NCBI GenBank assembly: GCA_028534125.1
Contig: CM052817.1
Coordinates: 58,778,001-58,842,000, forward strand
DNA: 64,000 bases
DNA from: Lama glama
Lineage: Eukaryota
Direction of reading: 5' to 3'
Shown in pieces: positions 51,967 to 64,000 of this stretch (the first letter of the stretch is position 1; every line of letters begins with the position of its first letter). Below the pieces are notes generated by a model. The model saw nothing but the letters and a program-made list of their open reading frames with translations, made no database searches and was not told where the DNA came from. The translations under genes and the position numbers were made by a program.

Positions 51967-52375
51967 CCCAAGTTTACTGAGATATAATTGACATATAATG
52001 TTGTGTAATTTTAAGGTTTACAGCATTTTGCTTTGATACATTTGTATGTTGCAGAATAACCACCACCATAGTATTATCTAACACTTCCATCCCATCCCAC
52101 AAACACCATTTCTTTTCTGTGGTGATATATAAAAGATCTACTCTCTTAGAAACTTTAAAGTATGAAATACAGCATTATTATCTATAATCACCATGCTCTA
52201 CATTAGCTTCCCAGAACTTATCAGAACTTATGTTGATCTTATAACTGTAAGTATGTACCTTTTAACTAATCTCTCTCTATTTCTCCCACCTCCCAAACCC
52301 TGGTAACCACCATTCTACTGTCTCTCAGTTTGTTTTTTCAGATTCTAGATATAAGTGATATTGTACAGTATTTAT
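51967..52375 (-). mobile_element. L1MA9-like 3' end with perfect 16-bp TSD
   Basis: tttactgagatataattgacatataa...aagatctactctctta...ccctggtaaccaccattctact; taaaagttaccatttt at 51951-51966 and 52376-52391. Confidence 0.92.
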
Positions 52376-53871
52376 TAAAAGTTACCATTTTAATTTAATA
52401 AATTATTACCAAATACCAATGTTTAATGAAAAAAATGGAAATTTTAGAATGTTATTTTTACAATGAATCATTTTTGTAAAATGTTTATACATATACAACA
52501 ACCATATCTCTGGAGAATAAAAATAGGAAAAAATTATTTTCTCTTAAAACTTCTGTAGACATAGCACATTTACAGAGAGCATATTACTTGTGTAATAAGG
52601 AAAATAGTTATATTTCAGTGCTTCAGTTCTTTACATAGGACCTGACAGCTGTATCATGGAGATAATGTCAGTTGAAAGGTTCTCTGTCCATAGGAAGTTT
52701 TTCAGCTGGACTCTAAGAGGTCCAGATGCAAGTATTGACACAAGGAGAATTAATTGCCCCATGTGCACGAGCAGTACAGATTGTCCTTGTTTAATGTCTG
52801 AAGTTTATTGCTGCTGTAATAAATTTTCATTACACTTCATCTATAGTAAAGAAATATGTAGTAAAGAAATGAAACATTTCTCGTTTGAATCCTCTATAAA
52901 TGAAAGATGACATACTATTTCCTGAGGTACTTGTAAAGAATGTATAATGAAAGGAGACCATGTTTTAAGTGGGAGGTTCAAAACAGTAACTAATGTTCCT
53001 TAGCCAAGACTACAAATATGCAATTAGCAGAAGGTTAACCAAGTACAAAGCAAAGCCAATAAACAAAAAATCAACTCGTGAATAGAGTAAAATTCTTTAA
53101 AATATATTTTTGATTCTATATGTAGTTGGAATAATGTATTCTCATTAAGTGGGATAAAAAAGAACAATACTATAAACTACAATTAATTATAATGAAATAA
53201 AGATGATCATGTATCCTTGTCTTGATTTTCCAATCCAAATATTTATTTTAATCATGGATATACTGTTGCTTTGGTTAGCACATTTTTGGATTATCAAGCA
53301 TAAAATAAGAGAAATTCATTCTTGCATACTCTCCTGCTTTTCATTCTAAGTTTATTATATAGATTCTATTTTATCCCTCTTTGTTAAAATAACACTGCAA
53401 AATGAAAATGTAGATGACCTGAAAGTAATGTTTCATTAAGAGAGTGAAGGGAAAGAAGTGATATATTTATCTTTCTGTGGTCAGGAAGAGGATAGTGAGA
53501 CCAAAAGTGGTGCTAGCCAATAGGCAACTTGAAACATTAGGTTGATTAATCAGTGAACCTTAAACAGACTAATTTTAGGAACACCTGTAGCTTTAAAAAT
53601 GATAACTTCTTAGTTTCACATAGAATCCTTTCCATAGTATTTAAGCAGAAAATGGGATCCAGTTCCATGAAAAATTTTACTAGTGTATCACATTCTGTTT
53701 TTTTTTATGTTTTCTGGACATCTGTCCAATATCAGCATGTTAAGCCTACCTCATTCTTTCTAGTAGCTATGTAATAGCTCATTATGTAGAAATGGTAAAG
53801 TTATATTTTTTGTTCCATTCTTGGAAATTTAGGATATTTCCGTTTAGTCACTTTTTTTAAATGGCATAAAA

Positions 53872-54068
53872 TGTGTATTTGTGCATATATAAGTATACAC
53901 ATACACGCAAATATATATATGTACTGTATATATATAAATGTGTACATATACACTTGATAGTGTCTGTCAAGATTCTTGAACATAGAATGGTTATGTATGT
54001 ATGTATATAGTATGTATATATGTATATGTGATATATAATATGCATATATGCATATATACAAATACATT
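53872..54068. repeat. TA/TG/CA-rich low-complexity region
   Basis: Direct reading. Confidence 0.8.
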
Positions 54069-57000
54069 GGAACTTATATCTGTAAGGACAGTTATTAAAA
54101 GTAGAATTACTGTACTGAAGGTTATGCATACTTTAAAATTTAGAAATATTTATATGGTCAAATTACTTTGTCTTGTTTGTTTGTTGTCATGCATACAAAA
54201 AAGCTTGCTTCACTCCAAGATTAAACTAAACGGAACAAAAAACTCCAGTTTTGTTCTAGTATTTTATAGCTTCAACTTTCATGTTTGATTTTTGGTGAAG
54301 CTTGAATTTGCTGTGGAGAAAGAAATGAGAGGAATACAAATTTACAGTGAGAAAGTGAAAGCTTGCTCATGGTCATGGGTCTGCAGATATCTAGGATGAT
54401 GGTGGACATAGACGGTGTGTGAGAATAAGAGTGCAAAGACCATATTTTAAAAAGAATAACATGAAAACTTCTCATGTTTTAGGTATTTCAGTTGGTCATT
54501 TATTTTTCCCCTTAATCAAAAGAGAATATTTTTTAGTTACTGATTTTGATGCATAGCTAATACATTGTCTTAGTATACTAATATATATATAGTATACTAA
54601 TAGTCAAGCAATAGTGTTCATTGAAGAGTCAACAGAGCTGGTGATTTGACTCAACAGAAAGCACACTAGCACAGCACATGCTGGACTGAGTGTGTGTTGT
54701 GGGGGGAAGGATTTAATCCAAAAGCATCTCTAAGATATTAACAGAGTCTAGAATTCAAAGAAGGGGAAGGCATCCTAAGGGGTCCAGAGAGTAATAAATA
54801 GTGTTTGAAACAGAAAAGATGTGATTCAGGCTGGGTTGGGGCTCAGTGGTGTGATGTTTAGAGGCAGAGACCTGATATGGTAGTCAAGTAGAATGAACAA
54901 GCACAGTTTTTGAAACAGAAGACAAAACATATATTCAGGAAAAACTGACATACCATATGAGGAGATACAGAGCATTCATAGAAGGATATAACATTAGGAA
55001 CCCAGGATGGAGCCTGATTCGTGAGAACTTTCACTGCTACTTTTGTACTTTCTGATGGGAAACTTCTAAAGTTATTTTAGTAGGCAAGAGACATGCTTTA
55101 AAATATTATTTGGAAGAATTTTGTGTGGCATCAGATTATCAAAGGGACTAGGGGAGAGGGATCAAGAAAGAAATGGAATGTTGCAGAATTCTGTTTTTCC
55201 GTGATATAATTAATCTACGCTTGGGGTACAAGGCTCTCATCTATCTCTACCTTAGAAAGTTTTCATGTTTACCATTTGAATTTCATTTAAAGAGTTGCTT
55301 GATCCTTTGTGTTCTACACATTATTTATTTTGGTCATTGACAACTCCACCGCCTTAGAAATGGTAAATTATGTGAGAAATCCTTGTTCTATATTCCTCTA
55401 TATTTATAATTTTTTAAACTATCAGTGTTTTGCAGATTACATTGAAGAAAGAAACTCCAAAAAAACATTTTCTTCATGTCTAATACTTAGTGCAAACTCT
55501 GGAACAGACATGCATCACTTGGAGATAATTAAAAGCAAAGAATCCCCATGACTTTGTGCAATAGATCCCCAGATATGGACAGTGCTATCACTTGCGGTAC
55601 TTAAGTCTGACATGACAGCTGCCAGGTGTTACAGGCTTACTTGTTTTTAAAGTAAAAGGCAAAAAAAAATGTAAGAACCTTCACAAATGAAGCAGAACAG
55701 TGTCTGCCAGCACAAAATGCCTGGCTTACATTTCCATAAAGTAAATTCCAGCTGTCTTAACTAAGGACCAAACAACCTGTTTCAGTACACATGAATTATA
55801 ATGTTCCCAAACCTTTAGTTCTCAAAAAAATCACTCAAGTACGTCTCAGGTATTTGAGAAGCTGTTTGGATTCTTGCCAAGCTCCTGACGCTGAGCAGAC
55901 ATTGCTTGACTGATTGAAATCATCACACCTAAGGTCCACTTCATAAATCTTTGTTTATTAGAATATATGATTGTGAAACCATCAGTGATCTTCCTTCTCA
56001 TGTGTTAATTGTCCTTTTTCACTTAGTTATAAAATCTAAACTGAAACAAAAAAGGTAACTACCGTAATTTTCATGTTATTTTTGTTGTTGTTGCAAAAGT
56101 GCTTATTTGTAACGGTAAATTAGATGTCTGCTCATTTGGCTTATAATGCATGCCCGTGCATGCATTAATGAGGATAGAGACATAAGCTTGGTCTTTCACT
56201 AATACTCAGTATGTTATCTGCCATCTAAAACCTGCTCCTCTCCCTGTGTCCCATATTGGTAAATGTTACCATTATCCAGTCAATTGTTCCTGCGGGAAAC
56301 TTGAAATTCAGGAAACTTTTGGTTGATCATACAAGTTTTAAAAATTTGTTTGCCCTCAGCAGACCCCATTGAAATGGCAGTGAAATAATTTTTTAAAGGA
56401 TGTAATCTCAAAACCACAGTGAAGTGATTGAGTGTCCTCTGTAGCTGAGAGCTTTTAATATGTTTCTAGAAGATAAGAAGGGGATGGAAGAGTAATAAGA
56501 AATGAATCTGCGAGGAACATTGGCAGCCTGTTATACAAGCAAAGGGACATGCAACTTAAGACATAGCCGGTCCTGTAGACCCTGAGATACTTGCGATTTG
56601 GTCTTGGTTTGCAGGAGATCAGTGTTAAGACGTGAGGCTGTAAACAAGGATGTTAATTGAAAGGCTATTTTTGGAGTATTTGATCCTTCCATTATGAGGG
56701 CTGAATTTTCAGCAGCCAGGAGTCTAATACACTAGAGGGAGTGTGGCGGGGGGAGTATGTGAAATGTGGTTGGGAAGGAATTACTTTTCTATGGAAAATA
56801 AACTAATGGACTGGGAAGATCTAGAACAGCTGGCAAAGTGCTGCTGAAAACAAAGCCCTCTACCTTAGGGCATTTTGTGGTTCCCCTGAAAACAAAACCA
56901 AACCAGAAACATGTGGTTCCTTGCCCAGTCACCAAAAAGCAAAAGCCTTCTCCCCTCCAGTCAACCATCCCCCAAGCAGCTTTTTGTCTTATCACTAAAT

Positions 57001-59269
57001 GTGTATGTAAAACCAAGTGGTACATGGCATGTAATACCAGAAGAGGGAAAGATGTAATCTTTTTAAGGGTAAAATTGTTTATATCACTTCTATCCTAATC
57101 CTACTAACCAGAACTTGGTCAGGTGGCCCCAACAAATGGCACAAGATGCTGCGAAATATGGGAAAGCAGAAACCTGAATAATCTTGGAACCCGTTGAGCA
57201 GTCAAGTAAGAGTTGTAGTGAACTGATTTTTAGCTTTCAGTTTTATTTTAAAATTCCTGTTTGACATTAAACAAGTATATGCATATGCCTATGTATTTAC
57301 CTCAAAATAATTCAACCTAGTTTCTTGTTCCCCCTTTTCAATATCTATTTATTTAAATATATATGTAAAAAGAAAACAAATTAAATAGGAAACACTGAAA
57401 AATAATTATCCAGCTCTCTAAACCAGAAACCAAGCCATATATCTTGACTCAGTTTGCTCAAAAAACAAACAAACAAAAAACAGTTACAAGCAAAATTTGT
57501 ATTAAATGGCCTATTCCTACCCATTGGAGCCCATCTCTGCTCCCAATACTTGGCTCTGTTTTCTGCATGTGACCCCATTCCTGCTCCTCCATGATTCGTA
57601 TTGACATTTAGATTTCAGATTCCCCCTGTGAATTTGAATTTGTTTCACCGCTGAGACCATAGGTGAGACTTTAACTTTGGATAGAAAATCAATCTAATTC
57701 TAATCCTTCAGAGAACATTTTTAGATGTTTATGTCCTGTGAAAGAGATGTCTAGGCATCTGTTGTGTAGGTAGCCTAAGTTTACTTAAGCTGTACATGAA
57801 TGTTGTCCAGTAAAGAAGCTGAAATTCTTAGGAATCTTAAAGTACCTTAAGGTAATGCATATCAAGTGTTCTCTTTTCATCTAAATCAAACTTTGAGCAA
57901 GCACCATGTGTGTGCTAATTTCCACTAATAAACAAACACTAAAGCCCTCATTTTTGACCTTTGAGGGTAAATTTATTATTTCACAAGCTCTTGTCTCAAA
58001 AAAAAATCCTTATAAAGAAATTCTGTTGTTCATTGACCCTAGACTGAAAAATCACTCATGTAAGACCTAACTATATAAAGACAAATATTTACTGTGTAGC
58101 TATTTAAAAGGATTTATTATATTTACATAAGTATAAATTTCCTTCTAATTAATTGAGGTAACTGCCAGAATAACTTAGTGAAAAGGGCAGATGACAGTGA
58201 TTAAACCATACAATGTATATCAAATAGGCATCATATAAGATTTTAAAATATGCAACTCCAACAAGTAAACATTCACATTTCTCTGCCTCTGTTTTTCCTC
58301 AGACATTTAAAAATATATTTGCCTTTTTTACTTTCTGTCCTCAATTTGCTATAACTCGTAAAAAAAAATTCTGATTTAGGGAAAAATATATAGTATTCAA
58401 CTATCAAATACTGTGTTTTTGTCTATAAAAGTATTACAAAAAGGTGACTTAAATATAACAATTGCAATAAAAATACAATTTATATTATTTGATGGTAGAG
58501 AGTCTCTTCTCATGGATCAGCTTTAGTAAGAGAGAGGGATTAGAATGAATTTCATGTGTACAATTGTATATAGTTACTTAATAATCTGATATCCCTTTGA
58601 TTATACACTCTCCTTCACTTTTTTGATGACCAAATGACTTCCAGAAGTCCTACTGATGACAGAATTCTTCTACATTTTAAAAATGTATTGGCAGTATAAA
58701 ATAGAGTAATTTGTGAAATAAGCTTATATTGGTGGAGCAGCAATTCCTCATAGTAACTATATGTTCCAAAAATCTCTAACATGAGTTCAAGTGCACATTG
58801 CACTATTGTCATAGGATGATCAAATAATAGGATTCCTTATAACTCTCTTAGAGTTCATCCCATGCTTAATGATCCATTACTGGCATAGCAAGGGCTAAAA
58901 CAAAAACTGTTGATGATAAAACTCTTAATAATAAGCTAAAGTCTGGGCTATTTAAGACTCAACTTACTTAAAGGATAATTTTACAAGACTAAAAACTGAC
59001 CTTAGAGTACACCAGAGTAAAGACATAGACATCTTAATAGCTTTCCTTAATATTAACTAGGAGTGACTATCATTAATATTGATCCATTTAATAAACAAAC
59101 TTTTACATGAGAGAGGACGTCAACACAGTAAGAAATGAACATATATTTATTCATCTTAAGATATTAACCAGTTTCCAGGGTTCAACCAAAAAGAAAACAC
59201 CATGAATTCTAACAGTAATAATGGTATTTAGCGGTAGTCACAGTCAGTGTATCTGAGAATAATACAACT

Positions 59270-59430
59270 CATTACATTCAGTGCACTGATTTGAGTCCTT
59301 TAAATGGCATATCCAGTGAAATTTTAACCCATGAAAAAAGTTAAAGTTAAATAACATACCAATGTCACGTAACAAGCAAGTGATGAAATCACGAAGTTAG
59401 TCCTGGCCACCTGATTCCAGAACTTAATTG
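59270..59430 (-). mobile_element. MIR fragment
   Basis: atttgagtcct...atgaaaaaagttaaagttaaataacataccaatgtcac...gcaagtgatgaaatca...ctgattccagaac. Confidence 0.45.
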
Positions 59431-60859
59431 AAGCTAGTGGAGGTAGAAGATAACAAACACAAAAAGGAAAAAAAAAAATATTTCCTTTTCGAAGACAATA
59501 TAGTGGCTTTCTGGTGGTATTTCTCCTTTCTTATCTACATTATTTTTCAATGAGTAAAGGCCCAGATTAAACAAAGTAAGTAAAAGTAATCTGGGGACTG
59601 AGGCAGAAGGATAAATTGATGAGAGAACAGTAACCAGATTGTGTCATCCTTTGTGGGCAAAGCAAATTTAACCATATCTCTAATGGTTGGAAAAAGTAAA
59701 GTACCAGAACTGAATCACTACAATGACAAATGTCTGTTCTGGGTACATGAATAATAAGTATTAATTTCATAAAATTTTATGAAATGTTTCTCTCAAAGAT
59801 AGGGAACAAAAAAGAACTACTTCATTTGTAGTTGAAGAAATATATTTCAATTCCATATTTATAGCATGATGATTTTTAAAGGTTAAAACACATAATCAGT
59901 TATCCAAAGCCTAGGCCATTGGCCTAGGCTACTGCTCATTTACACTTTGACTATTCACAACAATCACCATTTTGAATTTAAGTATCTGTCTTTCATTGTA
60001 AAATTATGTTTTAATTTCTGCCATACCTACTTCATGGGCTTGTTTTCACAATCAAGTAGGATATTTGATACACACGTAATGTGTGTGTGCTTGTATATAC
60101 ACATACATCTACATGTGTATATAATTGAAATAAAAAATGTTCTATTTAACAACCTGCTACTGTTTCTTTGTATAACTACATTTAAAATAGTTCTTACACT
60201 GAAATAATGCTGTTCACTGCCACAAACCCACTGATTAATAGTATAAATTTTGTGTTTATGCAAATTAAGATTACAAAGTACAAAGATGATTGCTTAATAA
60301 AGTCACTTTGCCAATCTAATTAGCTTTGCTTCGCTTAGACTACTAGAGCAATACGTTCTTCAGAAAAAAGCCTAAAGAATTACTGAGGAAAGTTAGAATG
60401 AAAGATAAAGCAGCAGAGGCTGGACCAGATACCAGCCAGGCTTGTACTTTATCTCCTGAATCTCTGTTTCCCTCTGAACTTCAGTTGGTTTCATATCACA
60501 GATGACTGTTAGCCTTTTATTTTCAAGTTTCTGTGTCTGATTTTTGGAACCATTAACTCCTTGAGAGCAAATAAGAAATTTGAAATACCCCCTGCACTGT
60601 TATCATTTTATGTTCTTACAATAATACTTTCAAAGAGGAGGGAAAAGCATGAGTTTTCCTTAATTGATGACATTCTACCTCTCCCCTCTTTGGAATTTCA
60701 TTCCAGATAAGGATATTGCTTTTTAGGGTACGTGTTGAGTGCTAGATTTGTAAGTAAACAGAAAAATATCAGGATTGAGAGGTGTTGTTTCACACATTTC
60801 TGTCTATTTTGAGAATAGAAATGCTTGGGAAGAAAATTTGAAACAGGACAGACTGTAGA

Positions 60860-61440
60860 TTGCTATCTATCATATGCAAAGAGCTCTTAATAAATACCAA
60901 AGAGACAAAAACAAATCAAAGGAAATACATTCAGATAGAAAATAAATATAAAAATATATTCAAACTTACTGGTTGTCAGAATGTAACTTATATTTACGAG
61001 TTAACTCTTTATATCCCTTAGACTTGTAAAAAATCTGAAAACCCTGTTACAGCAATTGCTGACTGGGCTGCCAGAAAAACGCTTATTTTGCTTGTGGAAA
61101 TGTGAATTTCTCCCGTATCTAGTTAATTAACACATTTATCACCTCACATAGTTATCTTTTTTTTTTAAAGAACATTTAACATTATGGTGAGAGCAACCAT
61201 TTAAAAAACATTCTGAAAACATCTGTTAAAATGCACTCTTTGACCCAGCAGCGCACTTCTCAAAACCCATCACACAGATATGAAACCACCAGTGCTTAAT
61301 GATATATGTACAATTATTTATTTGAAGCATTGTTGATAGTAGCAAACTACTAAAACTGGATCGATGGTCTATCAATGTGAGGCTAGCTGGGTAAATTTTA
61401 GAGCATGCATACCATGGGATATAATGCAGCCTTGGAAGAG
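60860..61440 (+). mobile_element. Old L1ME-type fragment (ORF2 3' end)
   Basis: aaagagctctta...aaaatgcactctttgacccagca..cacttct...gcattgttgatagtagcaaa...catgggatataatgcagcc. Confidence 0.6.
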
Positions 61441-62312
61441 GAAGAAAGGGAGGGAAGGAGAGAGGAAGAAAGACAGTTTTCTAAAGAACAGATATTTTTC
61501 AGTAAGAGATTCTGTACATTTCCAAGGTAATGTTGCTTTATTCATTCCATGTCATGACTTTCAAGTGAATATTTTGATTTCCTCATTAGGCATACATACT
61601 GCTTCATTTTGTGCAAGTGCTGAAAGATCAGTTTTCATAAATTTAAGATACAGAAAGACAGTTGTTCATAGTAGTGGTATTTTACAGAGATGGTATCTTC
61701 TGAATTAATATTACAGTTGGATAATCACATTTAAAAATCTACCTCAGGAAGGGCATCAGTTCATAGGAAAAGACCTGAAATTCTTTTTTCTTCAGGCTTC
61801 ATCTGAAACCATTCAACCAATTGGAAAAAGCTGTTTTCTGTCAGCAAATACAAGATAATTACTTGAAATAACTTTTTGAAATAACTTTTTTTATATAATT
61901 GTTATAAAAGATTAGTTTGTCTCATGAAAAAAATGTTCTTTATATGATACCAATCTGAGATACATATAATAAATAGAAAATATCTTTAGCAATTCATATA
62001 CTATTAGTATTATGAAACATTTAGAAAGATAAACGTGGCAGAATTGATTAAAAGAATAAATATATTTTTTATCATCCTCCAACCAAATTATTGGATTATC
62101 TTTAAAGGCTGGGTATTAGGGACTCCAGGACAGAAATTATATACTGAAGAAAAATTACTATGTGATAAAAAGGGAGCTTAAATTCCTCACATTTTCCAGT
62201 AAAAACTCTTCATTCTGGTGATATAGAGGTATGCTTATAGTATAAAAATACTTAATGAATGCAAAAATAAAAGGGATATAAACTAAAATTCAAAAAAGAA
62301 ACATTAAAAGCA

Positions 62313-63565
62313 TTTTTATTGAAGTATAGTTGATGTGTAATTATACACATTCATTATACAAATTATAGGAGTACCAAATAGTGATTCAGTTTGTAAAGGT
62401 GTAAAGGTTATACTCCATTTATAGTTATTATAAAATATTGGCTATATTTCTTGTGTTGTACTGTATATCCTTGTAGCTCATTTTATACCAAGTAGTTTGT
62501 ACCTCCTAATCCTCTACCCCTATATTGCCCCTCCCTACCTTTGCTCTCCTCATTCGTAATCAGTTTGTTCTCTGTGTCTGCTCTTTTTTGTTATATTCAT
62601 TAGTTTGTTGTATTTTAAAAATTCCATATGTAAGTGATATCATACAGTATTTATCTTTCTCTGTCTAACTTACTTCACTTAGCATAATGCTCTCCAAGTC
62701 CCTCCATGTTTCTGCTAGTGGCAAAATTTCATTCTTTTTTAAGGTTGAGTAGTATTCCACTGTATATATAAACCACATCTTTATCCTTTCATCTATTGAT
62801 GGACACTCAGGTTGCTTCCATATCTTAGCAATTGTAAATAATGCTGCTATGAACATTGGGTTTCATGTATCATCTCAAATTAATGTTTTTGTTTTTTCCA
62901 GATACATACCCAGGAGTGGACTTGCTGGGTCTTAGTTCTAGCTGTAGTTTTTTGACAAACCTCCATATTGTTTTTCACAGTGAATGCACCAATTTACATT
63001 GCCACCAACAGTGTACAAGGGTTCCTTTTTCTTCACATCTTCGCCAACATTTGTTATTTGTGTTCTTTTTGATGATAGCCATCTGACAGGTGTGAGGTGA
63101 TATCTCATTGTGGTTTTGATTTGCATTTCCCTGATGATTAGCAATGTTGAGCATCTCTGCATGTTGGCCATTTACATTTCCTCTTTGGAAAAATGTCTGT
63201 ACTGTTCTTCTGCCATGTTTTAATCTAGTTATTTGGTTTGGGTTTTTTTTTTTGATGTTGAATTGTATGAATTGTTTATATATTTTTGGATACAGTTCCC
63301 CCTTATCAGTCATATCACTTGCAAATATTTTCTCCCGTTCAGTAGGTTGTCTTCATTTTGTCAATGGTGTCTTTTGCTGTGCAAAAGCTTTTAAGTTTAG
63401 TTGGATCCCATTTATCTCTTTTTCCTTTAGCTTTCTTTGTTTTTGGAGACAGATCAAAAAAATGTTGCTACAATTTATGTCAAAGAGTGTTCTGCCTATG
63501 CTTTCCTTTAGGAATTTTATCCAGTCTTATTATTAGGTCTTTAATCCATTTTGAGTTTTTTTTTT
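62313..63565 (-). mobile_element. L1 3' end (~1.25 kb) with frameshifted ORF2 C-terminus
   Basis: ORFs give [48 protein letters not shown] and MFIAALFTIAKIWKQPECPS, all L1 ORF2 C-terminal motifs in different frames. Confidence 0.95.
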
Positions 63566-64000
63566 AATACATGATGTTAGAGAATGAATAAATGGAGTGA
63601 CACATTCATTATGCCCATGACAATGCACCAGTTTCTGAAAATAATTGACAGTCTCCCACCATGACATACAGAATGTTCAGAACTTTAGGAATTACTTATA
63701 TTAAACGTCAATTCACAAAACAACAATAACAGCAAAAACAAAACAGAAAAAACCTCTACATTAAACTTAAACTTGGTTAAAACATTTCTGCAAGGGTGTG
63801 AGCTACTGAGGTGTAGTTATATGATGCTTAAATGTAGCTTGATTCAAACAGAGAAACAATAATAGCTGAAGAAGTAGATGGAAAGCATATTCTTTGGAAT
63901 ATTTTCCTTTATACAGACAGTTTCTCTTAGCCAGACTTTTAAAATGAGCTGGAAAACAAGTGAATCAAAGTTAAAATCTTTAGTTACAGCCTCTCATAAC

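Noticed and set aside
56340..56720. HAL1/L1M 5' fragment
   Set aside because: Only a vague resemblance; too diverged to call by eye
61863..61892. Short direct duplications (also ~28264, ~52212, ~52844, ~62393)
   Set aside because: Ordinary 8-15 bp slippage events expected in AT-rich DNA
1983..63567. All ORFs in the supplied track as cellular genes
   Set aside because: Short, low-complexity or inside repeats; none resembles a known protein except broken L1 ORF2 pieces

Overview
AT-rich, CpG-poor placental-mammal nuclear DNA that appears entirely non-coding (intronic or intergenic). None of the listed ORFs is a credible cellular gene; the only recognisable peptides are broken L1 ORF2 C-terminal fragments. 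The window is a mosaic of L1 3' ends, ancient L2/MIR/L3, MaLR (MLT1) and ERV LTRs, and hAT/Tigger MITEs (MER5, MER20, MER3, MER47, MER53), separated by repeat-poor unique stretches that may hold regulatory elements. The young L1 3' ends look cetartiodactyl, probably camelid, and I saw no Alu, B1, Bov-A/tA, PRE1 or CanSINE. That host assignment and all repeat subfamily names come from memory of consensus sequences and need RepeatMasker/BLAST confirmation. I found no convincing novel biological system. The best leads are a CpG-enriched NRF1/GAS-bearing element with a candidate 102-nt symmetric exon near 39.5-40.4 kb, a TSD-bounded MaLR provirus whose 5' LTR is replaced by a palindromic filler and which carries a MER41-like LTR, several nested insertions, and a few perfect palindromes and tandem duplications.
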